A DNA stretch of 64,000 nucleotides from contig CAILNN010000420.1 in NCBI GenBank assembly GCA_903835555.1, forward strand, positions 4,990 to 68,989, given 5' to 3'. The stretch is from an uncultured Verrucomicrobiota bacterium (lineage in GTDB: Bacteria > Verrucomicrobiota > Verrucomicrobiia > Limisphaerales > UBA9464). The notes under the pieces were generated by a model. The model did no database searches. It saw nothing but the letters and a program-made list of their open reading frames with translations, and was not told where the DNA came from. The translations under genes and the position numbers were made by a program. Positions 54,842 through 64,000 of this stretch are shown one piece after another (position 1 is the stretch's first letter; each line of letters starts with the position of its first letter).

Positions 54842-56239
54842 ATGTTTCGTCAGCATCGTCAAATTGAAGTTAAACTACGCAAGGCGACTGATGCCGTGCT
54901 TTTTGGGCTGACGTTTTGGTTAGCGCATTACATTCGTGCGATTCCCGAGCTGGATCCTGGGGGCCTGATTGCCGATTTCTCAGCTTATACTTGGACGCTG
55001 GTGGTGGTGGTACCGCTTGGCCCGATATTTCTTGAGTTTGAGGGCTACTACCAAAGGCGAGTATTTGCTTCACCCGCTTCTCGTCTAATTCAATCACTCC
55101 GGGCGGTCTTTTGGGTGAGCCTGGCGGTTCTGATTGCGGCATTTCTCCGCAAGGTGGAGTTCGCGCGTGGCCTGCTGTTCCTATTTGCCCCGGCCATGGT
55201 CGGTGTGCTGTGGGTGGAGGAGGAACTGATTTCACGATGGCGGCGTGGTCGCATGGCGGGCGGTTCCGCACGGCGTCGATTGATTCTGCTGTGTGGTGGA
55301 ACCGACGGGCTACCGGTTGACTCGCAAGCCCTGGAGCGAAGCCTAGGTCTGAAGGACTTGACATCCGTCGCTGTGGTAGCGACATTGGATATCCGGAAGC
55401 TTACACCTGAACAATTGGCCGAGCAGTTGCATCTGACTTCGGCGAACGCGGTCGTCATCTCGCCTCGTCAAGCTCCCTTTAGTTTAATCGAACAATCCAT
55501 CCAAGTCTGTGAGCTGGAGGGTGTGGATGTCTGGCTGATGGCGGACTTCTTCCAGACCCGAATCTCTCAAACCACGGCTGATGAGCTCAATGGGCACCCG
55601 ATGCTGGTCTTTAGCACCGGTCCATGGGCGTCGTGGCAATCGATTGCGAAGGGATTGATGGACCGTGCCGGTTCGTTTCTGCTCCTGATTGCTGTTTTTC
55701 CGCTCATGTTCTTGACTGCAATCGCGATACGGTTTGGCTCAAAGGGACCGATTTTTTTCCATCAACAGCGGGCAGGGTTAAATGGGCACCCCTTTCGCAT
55801 GTACAAGTTCCGAACCATGGTGACCAATGCGGAACAATTGAAGCAAGAGTTAGCATCTCTCAATGAAATGAGCGGCCCGGTGTTTAAAATCACCAAAGAC
55901 CCGAGGATTACCCCGATTGGACGTTTCCTACGGAAATGGTCGATTGATGAACTCCCTCAACTTTGGAACGTGTTTCTAGGGGACATGAGTTTGGTCGGCC
56001 CCCGTCCATTGCCGGTGGATGAGGTGGCCCGATTTGATGACCCGGCCCACCGCCGACGCCTGAGCGTCAAGCCGGGCTTGACCTGCCTATGGCAGGTGTC
56101 TGGTCGAAGCAATGTGAAGGATTTTAAGGAATGGGTCCGTCTCGATTTGGAGTATATTGACAATTGGAATCTCTGGCTGGATGTCAAGATTTTGTTCCGA
56201 ACGGTTCCAGCCGTTTTTACGGGTGCCGGCGCACGCTAG
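54842..56239 (+). CDS. Polyprenyl-phosphate sugar phosphotransferase (WbaP/EpsB-type priming glycosyltransferase)
   Basis: N-terminal TM bundle and a C-terminal bacterial sugar transferase domain (KGPIFFHQQRAGLNG.PF.MYKFRTM, DELPQLWNV..GDMSLVGPRP). Confidence 0.85.
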   Translation: MFRQHRQIEVKLRKATDAVLFGLTFWLAHYIRAIPELDPGGLIADFSAYTWTLVVVVPLGPIFLEFEGYYQRRVFASPASRLIQSLRAVFWVSLAVLIAAFLRKVEFARGLLFLFAPAMVGVLWVEEELISRWRRGRMAGGSARRRLILLCGGTDGLPVDSQALERSLGLKDLTSVAVVATLDIRKLTPEQLAEQLHLTSANAVVISPRQAPFSLIEQSIQVCELEGVDVWLMADFFQTRISQTTADELNGHPMLVFSTGPWASWQSIAKGLMDRAGSFLLLIAVFPLMFLTAIAIRFGSKGPIFFHQQRAGLNGHPFRMYKFRTMVTNAEQLKQELASLNEMSGPVFKITKDPRITPIGRFLRKWSIDELPQLWNVFLGDMSLVGPRPLPVDEVARFDDPAHRRRLSVKPGLTCLWQVSGRSNVKDFKEWVRLDLEYIDNWNLWLDVKILFRTVPAVFTGAGAR

Positions 56240-56251
56240 CTCAAGGGTGCC

Positions 56252-56280
56252 ATTTCAAAATGCAATTGCCTATCATCCGG
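56252..56280 (+). repeat. Conserved 29-nt intergenic element, EPS locus, copy 2
   Basis: ATTTCAAAATGCAATTGCCTATCATCCGG, starting 13 nt after the sugar-transferase stop. Confidence 0.6.
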
Positions 56281-56367
56281 TTGAGTTTTAGATGTTCGCG
56301 CTGCCGTGCGTCCCCGTGCTAACGGCGTTCCTCCCATCCATTCCTCTTGATGTTGGATTCAACCATC

Positions 56368-57330
56368 ATGAAAAACACCTTGACTCCCGTTTCAGTTGTC
56401 ACTGGCGGAGCTGGATTCCTCGGTTCCCATCTTGTCGACATCCTACTCGCTCGGGGTCACCGAGTGATAGTCATCGACAATTTGGTGACGGGTTCCACTG
56501 ACAATATTGCCCATTTGGCCGGCAATCAGAAGTTTACTTTTATACGCCAGGACGTGACCGAGTTCCTCTTCATAGCAGGTCCGGTTGATTACGTCTGGCA
56601 CTTTGCCTCTCCGGCGAGCCCAATCGACTACCTGGAGCTTCCGATTCAGACATTGAAGGTGGGCTCTCTCGGAACCCACAAGGCCCTTGGACTCGCCAAG
56701 GAAAAAGGGGCTCGATTCCTGATCACTTCCACTTCCGAAGTCTATGGGGACCCACTGGTTCATCCCCAGACTGAGTCCTACTGGGGCAATGTGAATCCGA
56801 TCGGACCGCGCGGTTGCTACGATGAGTCCAAACGATTTGCTGAAGCACTGGTTATGGCCTACCACCACGAGCACAAGCTCGATACCCGTATCGTCCGGAT
56901 TTTCAATACCTACGGACCCCGGATGCGAATCAAAGATGGACGGGTGGTCCCTGCGTTTGTCAGCCAAGCCCTTCTTGGACAACCGATTACCATATTTGGT
57001 GATGGACAACAAACGCGGAGCTTCTGTTTTTGCAGCGACCTTCTCGAAGGAATCTACCGATTGATGATGCTGGAGCATCCGACCCAGCATTTGCCGGTCA
57101 ATATCGGAAATCCCCAGGAGTTGACCATGGTCCAGTTTGCCCAGGAAATCATTCAAGCGACGGGGTCTTCCTCGACTCTGACATATCAACCATTGCCGCA
57201 GGATGATCCCAAGCAACGACGCCCGGATATTACCCGAGCCCGAACCCTCCTCGGGTGGGAACCGGTCGTCCCTCTTTCCGAGGGATTGAAGTCAACCATC
57301 GCGTATTTCAAGACGAAACTGGGGGTGTAA
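56368..57330 (+). CDS. UDP-glucuronate decarboxylase (UDP-xylose synthase-like SDR)
   Basis: [12 protein letters not shown] Rossmann motif and the YDESKRFAE catalytic Tyr-x3-Lys. Overall resembles UXS-type epimerase/dehydratases. Confidence 0.85.
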   Translation: MKNTLTPVSVVTGGAGFLGSHLVDILLARGHRVIVIDNLVTGSTDNIAHLAGNQKFTFIRQDVTEFLFIAGPVDYVWHFASPASPIDYLELPIQTLKVGSLGTHKALGLAKEKGARFLITSTSEVYGDPLVHPQTESYWGNVNPIGPRGCYDESKRFAEALVMAYHHEHKLDTRIVRIFNTYGPRMRIKDGRVVPAFVSQALLGQPITIFGDGQQTRSFCFCSDLLEGIYRLMMLEHPTQHLPVNIGNPQELTMVQFAQEIIQATGSSSTLTYQPLPQDDPKQRRPDITRARTLLGWEPVVPLSEGLKSTIAYFKTKLGV

Positions 57331-57470
57331 TGTTGCCTGTAGTCTGCGGGATAGGGAGAACTCCGTGGCAGCCTTCCATTCGTTGCACTCAGGGTTAGGC
57401 GAGGGATAGCGAGCGAGGCGTAACCGGACGGTCGCTTGAGTAAACTATGGCGAACGTCCATCTTACGTCC

Positions 57471-57522
57471 GTTGCCAAAGCGCCAGAGGGCTGGCGCAGT
57501 CCATGACCTGGCGGACATCCCC
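57471..57522 (+). repeat. Structured dispersed repeat, family A, partial copy 3 (3' module only)
   Basis: GTTGCCAAAGCGCCAGAGGGCTGGCGCAGTCCATGACCTGGCGGACATCCCC matches the 3' modules at 12661-12713 and 18470-18521. Confidence 0.7.
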
Positions 57523-57718
57523 AAGTTCGATTTTAACCGGATAGGGGTCACTGAACGTGGGGAGGATTCTTGAGTACCCAAACCGAAACGAAAAAAGGCT
57601 TGTGAAAAAATTCACTAGCTGCCAGGATTTACTCGTTGCCGTTGTTCAATTGGCGGCATAGGGTGTCGATTACAGCCCGTTAGTGCCGCCCGTTATCATC
57701 GGTTGACCGTCCATCGAA

Positions 57719-58639
57719 ATGCGTCGTTTACCTTCCATTTTACCTGCCCTATTGGGTGGGCTTCTGCCCGTTTCAGCGATTGCCGCTGGCACGTCGGAAG
57801 CCGCCGAGCATGCGGAGCAAGGGTTGTCTGCGAGCTCCCAGATTGTGTTCAATCTAGGACCGTTGGCGGTGACCAATTCGATGCTGATCACGGTCTTGGT
57901 GACCGTCGTTTTGGTGGTGTTCGCCCAGTTGGTCTCGCGGGGCGTCAAACCCGTTCCCAGCGGTCTGCAAAACTTTGCCGAATGGGCGGTTGAGTCGATG
58001 TACAACTTCCTCGCTGAAATCCTGGGTGAAGGACTGATCAAGAAGACCTTCTGGTTTTTTGGCTCCCTCTTTTTCTTCATCCTCGTCACCAACTGGATCG
58101 GGCTGATTCCGGGAGTCGGTACGATAGGTTATGGTCATGATTTACCGAATGGAGAGTTTCACTTAACCACCCCGTTGTTGCGCGGCGGAAACGCCGACTT
58201 GAACGTGACATCGGCTATGTCGGTTCTGTTTTTTGTTCTGTGGACTGTATGGGCGCTCCAGGCCAACGGACCGATCGGATTTATCAAGCATATCTTCGCA
58301 CCCAAGGGAAAAACCCCTGGTTTCATGGGAATTTTCATGATTCTGGTATTCCTGTTCGTGGGTGTGCTTGAGACCGTTTCTATTGTCTTTCGCCCCATTT
58401 CCCTCAGCTTCCGTCTCTATGGCAACGTGTTTGCCGGAGAGAATATTTTGGAAGCGATGATGAATCTGGTTCCTTGGTTGAGCTGGCTCATCCCATTGCC
58501 CTTTTACTTTCTCGAACTGTTGGTCGGACTGGTCCAGGCGCTGGTGTTCACTCTATTGACGGCCGTATTCACGCTGTTGATTTGCGAACATGAGCATGAG
58601 CCAGGCGAAGGCGATCAAGACGGTGCTCATCACCATTAA
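57719..58639 (+). CDS. atpB: F0F1 ATP synthase subunit a
   Basis: Polytopic protein with LSFRLYGNVFAGE (the essential Arg region). First gene of the atp operon. Confidence 0.85.
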   Translation: MRRLPSILPALLGGLLPVSAIAAGTSEAAEHAEQGLSASSQIVFNLGPLAVTNSMLITVLVTVVLVVFAQLVSRGVKPVPSGLQNFAEWAVESMYNFLAEILGEGLIKKTFWFFGSLFFFILVTNWIGLIPGVGTIGYGHDLPNGEFHLTTPLLRGGNADLNVTSAMSVLFFVLWTVWALQANGPIGFIKHIFAPKGKTPGFMGIFMILVFLFVGVLETVSIVFRPISLSFRLYGNVFAGENILEAMMNLVPWLSWLIPLPFYFLELLVGLVQALVFTLLTAVFTLLICEHEHEPGEGDQDGAHHH

Positions 58640-58709
58640 CCCATTTCGGGGGTCAGACGGTGGCAGGACTGCCGGGGCACCCGTTAGAACAAGAACGAAA
58701 GGATACATC

Positions 58710-58913
58710 ATGTTGCTCGCTGAAATCTCGGGTAACCTTCACGTCGGAATGGCAGCTGTCGGTTCGGCCATTGGCGTGGGAATTATTGGCATGAAAGCAG
58801 CCGAAGCGACCGGACGTAATCCGGGCGCGGCGGGCCAGATTCGCAATCTTGCGATCATTTTGGCAGCTTTGGCGGAAGGCATCACCTTCTTTGCCATCTT
58901 CCTTGTCAAGTAA
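58710..58913 (+). CDS. atpE: F0F1 ATP synthase subunit c
   Basis: 67-aa helical hairpin with the GRNPGA loop and the carboxylate in ALAEG. Start set at the internal ATG. Confidence 0.85.
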   Translation: MLLAEISGNLHVGMAAVGSAIGVGIIGMKAAEATGRNPGAAGQIRNLAIILAALAEGITFFAIFLVK

Positions 58914-58925
58914 GAGGCGTCACCC

Positions 58926-58955
58926 GGCTGCGGAGCCTTTGAGGGCTCCGCAGCC
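58926..58955 (+). promoter_or_regulatory. Perfect 12-bp intra-operon hairpin between atpE and atpF
   Basis: GGCTGCGGAGCC, loop TTTGAG, GGCTCCGCAGCC, beginning 13 nt after the atpE stop. Confidence 0.5.
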
Positions 58956-58973
58956 CAATTTCAATTTGATTCT

Positions 58974-59513
58974 ATGACTTCTTTTTTCTTCGCTGCCGCT
59001 GAGGGTAATCCCGCTGTTGAATTGGCTGAGCGTTTTGGGTGGGAGCCCCGCTTGTTCATTTCCCAGGTAGTCTTGTTCGTCATTGTAGCCGGTGTTCTGG
59101 CCAAATTTGCCTATAAGCCGCTGCTGGCAATGCTGGAGCAGCGCAAACGCCAGATTGAGGAAGGCATCGAAAATGCCGAGAAAACCCGCAAGGAACTGGC
59201 CAATGCCCAGGCCAAGTCTCAAGAGATTTTGACCAATGCCGGTCTCCAGGCGAACAAAGTGGTCGAAGAGGCTCGCGCTGCGGCTGCAGTTGAGCGTGAA
59301 AAAGCGCGCCAACAAGCGGTTACCGATGCCCAGGACATCATTGCCAAAGCTCGTGCAGCGAGTGAGTCTGAGTTGAATCGCTTGAAGGGTGAACTTCGCC
59401 GGGAGTTCGGACGTTTGGTGGTGGATGCCAGCACCCGCGTTACCTCCAAGATTCTCACCGACGCTGATCGGAACCGTTTGGCGGAAGAGGCCACCCGTGA
59501 GTTAGCTGCTTAA
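58974..59513 (+). CDS. atpF: F0F1 ATP synthase subunit b
   Basis: N-terminal TM helix followed by a long charged Ala/Glu/Lys-rich helix. Position fits the operon. Confidence 0.8.
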   Translation: MTSFFFAAAEGNPAVELAERFGWEPRLFISQVVLFVIVAGVLAKFAYKPLLAMLEQRKRQIEEGIENAEKTRKELANAQAKSQEILTNAGLQANKVVEEARAAAAVEREKARQQAVTDAQDIIAKARAASESELNRLKGELRREFGRLVVDASTRVTSKILTDADRNRLAEEATRELAA

Positions 59514-59559
59514 CCCGAGCACCCGATTTAAGTCGTTTGATTACCAGGCTTACCTTGCC

Positions 59560-59952
59560 ATGAAGATTACCAAGACCGCCCGACGCGAAGCCAAATCGCT
59601 GTTTGAAGCCTGCCGAATGAACGGAGTCTTGGATGACGCCCGGGTTCGCACGGCCGTGACTGCGGTTATTTCACAAAAGCCCCGTGGGTATGTCGGTATC
59701 TTGGAGCATTTTCAGCGTTTGGTGAAGTTGGACATACAACGCCGCACGGCGCGTATCGAGAACGCCATCGAAACCTCGCCTGCCTTGGCCCAACAACTGA
59801 CATCGACACTGGAAAAGCGCTATGGCAAGGGTTTGAATGTCAGTTTTGCGGTGGACCGCTCTCTCGTTGGCGGACTTCGCATCCAAGTGGGCAGTGATAT
59901 TTTCGATAGTTCCGTGGCAGCCCGCCTACGAGACCTAGCCGCCACGTTCTAA
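59560..59952 (+). CDS. atpH: F0F1 ATP synthase subunit delta (short, 130 aa)
   Basis: C-terminal OSCP signature LVGGLRIQVGSDIFDSSVAARLRDL. Position fits the operon. Confidence 0.65.
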   Translation: MKITKTARREAKSLFEACRMNGVLDDARVRTAVTAVISQKPRGYVGILEHFQRLVKLDIQRRTARIENAIETSPALAQQLTSTLEKRYGKGLNVSFAVDRSLVGGLRIQVGSDIFDSSVAARLRDLAATF

Positions 59953-60000
59953 TAACAACCGTTTTTAACCGACTTTTCGTCACCAACGATCCTTTCAGAC

Positions 60001-61533
60001 ATGAGTTCGCTTCTCCAAGAAATCGAAGCCCAAATCGCGGGCGTCAAAACCACGGTGCAAAAGCACAATGTCGGCGTTGTCCGCGAGACATCCGACGGCG
60101 TGGCCAAGGTCGAAGGCCTATCCGATTGCATGGCCAACGAAATGCTGGACTTCGGCAATGGCGTCATCGGATTGGCATTGAACCTCGAAGAAACCGAGGT
60201 CGGAGCCATCATCCTGGGCGATTGGCTTGGGGTCAAGGAAGGCACCGAAGTCCGCACCACCGGCAAGTTGCTCTCCGTTCCCGTCGGCAAGGGATTGCTC
60301 GGTCGCGTTGTGGACACCCTAGGACGTCCGGTTGACGGCAAGGGCCCCATCGAATCCACCGTTTCTTATCCGGTCGAAAAAATCGCACCGGGCATCGTCA
60401 AGCGTAAGTCGGTCAGCCAACCGCTACAGACAGGTATCATGGCGATTGACGCCATGATTCCCGTGGGTCGCGGCCAGCGTGAACTGATCATTGGCGACCG
60501 TTCGACCGGCAAGACCACCATCGGCGTTGACACGATGATCAACCAAGCCCGCGCCAACAAGGTCGGGCGCGCTTCGGGAGACCCGAAGTTTCGCGCGGTG
60601 TATAATATCTATGTCGCGGTCGGGCAGAAGCAATCGAACGTGGCCCGAGTCATTGCCGAATTGGAAAAGGCCGGTGCTTTGGAAGACACCATCGTCGTGG
60701 TGGCTGCGGCTTCTGATAGTGCCGCCAACCAATATTTGGCCCCGTTCTCCGGTGCGGCGATGGGTGAGTGGTTCATGGACAACGGCATGGATGCGTTGAT
60801 CATTTTTGATGATCTTTCCAAGCAAGCCGTGGCTTACCGCCAAGTCTCATTGGTGCTCAAGCGTCCATCGGGCCGCGAAGCCTATCCTGGCGACGTCTTC
60901 TATCTGCACAGCCGCTTGTTGGAACGAAGCGCCCGGGTCAATGAAGCGAACGGCAACGGTTCTTTGACTGCCCTGCCCATTATTGAAACTCAGGCCGGCG
61001 ACGTTTCGGCGTACATTCCGACCAACGTGATTTCCATCACCGACGGTCAGATTTACCTGGAGACCGACCTCTTCTACCAAGGCGTTCGTCCGGCTATTTC
61101 CGTCGGTTTGTCAGTGTCGCGCGTCGGTTCAGCGGCCCAAATCAAGGCGATGAAGCAGGTTGCCGGGCGTATCAAGCTGGACTTGGCCCAGTACCGTGAA
61201 TTGGCCGCTTTCGCTCAGTTCGGCTCTGATTTAGATGCCAAGACCCAAGCGACGCTGGAACGCGGCAAGCGGATTGTTGAGTTGTTCAAGCAGCTCCAGT
61301 ACAACCCGATCTCGGTCGAAGTTCAGTGCGCCATCCTCTGGACCATGCAAAACAACCACCTGGACGACGTGGCTGTTGAAAAGATCAAGGATTGGCAGAA
61401 CAAATTCACCGACTTTTTGGGTTCCCGTAAGGCGGCTTTGCTGGAGAAAATCCGCAATGAAAAAGCCATCAGCGACCCAATTGCTGCGGAATTAAAGACC
61501 GCAGTGGGCGAATTCAAGCAAACCTACCGGTAA
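60001..61533 (+). CDS. atpA: F0F1 ATP synthase subunit alpha
   Basis: GDRSTGKT Walker [19 protein letters not shown] and ITDGQIYL motifs. Confidence 0.95.
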   Translation: MSSLLQEIEAQIAGVKTTVQKHNVGVVRETSDGVAKVEGLSDCMANEMLDFGNGVIGLALNLEETEVGAIILGDWLGVKEGTEVRTTGKLLSVPVGKGLLGRVVDTLGRPVDGKGPIESTVSYPVEKIAPGIVKRKSVSQPLQTGIMAIDAMIPVGRGQRELIIGDRSTGKTTIGVDTMINQARANKVGRASGDPKFRAVYNIYVAVGQKQSNVARVIAELEKAGALEDTIVVVAAASDSAANQYLAPFSGAAMGEWFMDNGMDALIIFDDLSKQAVAYRQVSLVLKRPSGREAYPGDVFYLHSRLLERSARVNEANGNGSLTALPIIETQAGDVSAYIPTNVISITDGQIYLETDLFYQGVRPAISVGLSVSRVGSAAQIKAMKQVAGRIKLDLAQYRELAAFAQFGSDLDAKTQATLERGKRIVELFKQLQYNPISVEVQCAILWTMQNNHLDDVAVEKIKDWQNKFTDFLGSRKAALLEKIRNEKAISDPIAAELKTAVGEFKQTYR

Positions 61534-61557
61534 TCCGGACGACCGGAATAGGCTCCC

Positions 61558-62442
61558 ATGCCAAGCACACGCGACATACGCCGACGCATTAAGTCGGTTA
61601 AGAATACCGCCCAGATCACCAAGGCGATGGAGAAGGTCGCCTCGGCCAAGATGCGGAAGGCACAGCAAGCGGCTCTGGCGGGTCGCCCGTATGTCGATCT
61701 GATGAACGGCATGCTGGCAGCGGCTACGGCAAGCGCCGGTGAGTTCACTCATCCGCTGATGGAACAACGCCCGGTGAAGAAGCGCGCCGTAATCGTCGTT
61801 TCGACGGACAAGGGACTTTGTGGCAGCCTCAATACCAACCTGCTTCGTGAAGCGGGGCGGTTTGATGCTGAATCCAGCCTTTTTCTGACGGCTGGCCGTA
61901 AGAGTGAGCAATGGACCGCGCGTGCCAAGCGGACGGTGGCGGAACGGTTTACCTACCGGGACAATCCCAAGTTTTCGGAGGCAATGGCAATTTGCCGAAA
62001 GGCCTGCGAGTTATTCACCTCAGGAGAAGTCGATCAGGTGGATATTGTCTTCACCAATTTTATTTCGACCCTGAATCAAAAGCCGCTGGTTCGCCAATTG
62101 TTGCCCATCATCGAACTCAAGCCGTTATCGGCGAGTGTGAAGGATGAGGAATCGACCGCTTCGGTTCCGGAATCCAAGGTGAGCGAATTTCAGTTTGAGC
62201 CTACCGCTACGGATGTTTTGGGCAGCCTGTTACCCAAGTACGTCAATTACCAGATTTACCAAGTGCTGCTGGAAGCGAAGGCCTCGGAACACAGTTCCCG
62301 AATGGTGGCGATGAAGAACGCAACCGACAACGCCAAGCAGCTCGTCAAGGACCTGACCCTCGAGTACAACAAAATTCGACAGGCCAATATCACCAAGGAA
62401 CTGCTCGAAATCACCAGTGCCGCGATGGCTATGGGCAACTAA
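61558..62442 (+). CDS. atpG: F0F1 ATP synthase subunit gamma
   Basis: IRRRIKSVKNTAQITKAMEKVA N-terminus and ITKELLEITSAA C-terminus. Confidence 0.9.
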   Translation: MPSTRDIRRRIKSVKNTAQITKAMEKVASAKMRKAQQAALAGRPYVDLMNGMLAAATASAGEFTHPLMEQRPVKKRAVIVVSTDKGLCGSLNTNLLREAGRFDAESSLFLTAGRKSEQWTARAKRTVAERFTYRDNPKFSEAMAICRKACELFTSGEVDQVDIVFTNFISTLNQKPLVRQLLPIIELKPLSASVKDEESTASVPESKVSEFQFEPTATDVLGSLLPKYVNYQIYQVLLEAKASEHSSRMVAMKNATDNAKQLVKDLTLEYNKIRQANITKELLEITSAAMAMGN

Positions 62443-62456
62443 CGCCCGGTGCCTAA

Positions 62457-63902
<1,446 letters not shown>

Positions 63903-63976
63903 GGCTGGTATCGGATTTGGCGGCACCGACGTCGGGTGCCACGGTCCGGGCAACCCCAATCTAGGAAGCAGCATTC

Positions 63977-64000
63977 ATGGCCACTTTGCGACTCGAAATT
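63977..64000 (+). CDS. atpC: Probable F0F1 ATP synthase subunit epsilon, first 8 codons only (runs off window)
   Basis: ATG 74 nt after atpD. MATLRLEI resembles epsilon N-termini. Called mostly on position. Confidence 0.45.

Noticed and set aside
57560-57718. Candidate promoters or an atpI-like small ORF upstream of atpB.
   Set aside because: There are only weak -35/-10 look-alikes (TTGTGA...CAGGAT, TTGCCG...TAGGGT) and no hydrophobic small ORF resembling AtpI.

Overview
64 kb chromosomal segment, about 55-57% GC. By gene content and repeat types it most likely comes from a PVC-superphylum (Verrucomicrobiota-like) bacterium; that assignment is an inference. I support about 57 protein genes. 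I found no rRNA, tRNA, CRISPR array, transposase, integrase or prophage genes by eye.

Gene layout:
- 1-12.4 kb: mostly a long minus-strand housekeeping and membrane block (TBDR fragment, beta-propeller, hydrolase, PLP enzyme, two TerC paralogs, RecJ, ExoD, AKR, IlvD).
- 13.1-17.5 kb: a small PEP-CTERM protein followed by a MacB-type ABC system with an HlyD adaptor.
- 17.6-19 kb: rpmI-rplT and folA.
- 19.4-22.1 kb: ECF sigma/anti-sigma pair, SDR and a secreted hydrolase.
- 22.4-25.1 kb: class I aldolase translationally coupled to ackA.
- 25.7-29.2 kb: DUF5069, dps, an MlaA-hydrolase fusion and DUF2934.
- 29.8-32.4 kb: a three-gene signalling operon (His-less kinase paralog, histidine kinase, NarL-type response regulator).
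- 32.4-41.2 kb: a 2919-aa cyclic beta-1,2-glucan synthase.
- 41.2-46.6 kb: a compact stress-gene island (lmo0937-like, BON/OsmY-like, RNB RNase, YflT-like, entericidin, YqjD/E/K-like, YciF-like).
- 47-52.6 kb: acyl-CoA ligase, PMI-like cupin and purL.
- 52.9-57.3 kb: exosortase-EpsI fusion, priming sugar transferase and UDP-glucuronate decarboxylase.
- 57.7-64 kb: F1Fo ATP synthase operon atpBEFHAGD(C).

Most interesting observations:
1. A 16-nt motif (core ACCC[C/T]AT) recurs upstream of dps, osmY-like, entericidin, yciF-like, DUF2934 and the signalling operon itself. There is also an orphan copy in front of a structured, ORF-less stretch that could be an sRNA. Together with the RsbU_N-type kinase, its His-less DHp-only paralog and the NarL-type regulator, this looks like a self-contained, uncharacterised general/osmotic stress regulon.
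2. An MlaA-alpha/beta-hydrolase fusion.
3. A roughly 155-nt dispersed structured repeat whose long-range helix is maintained through G-U-compatible changes on the plus strand only.
4. A conserved 29-nt element that punctuates the exosortase/EPS mini-locus.

Limits: all homology calls are by-eye motif recognition and no searches were run. Coordinates of small motifs may be off by 1-2 nt.
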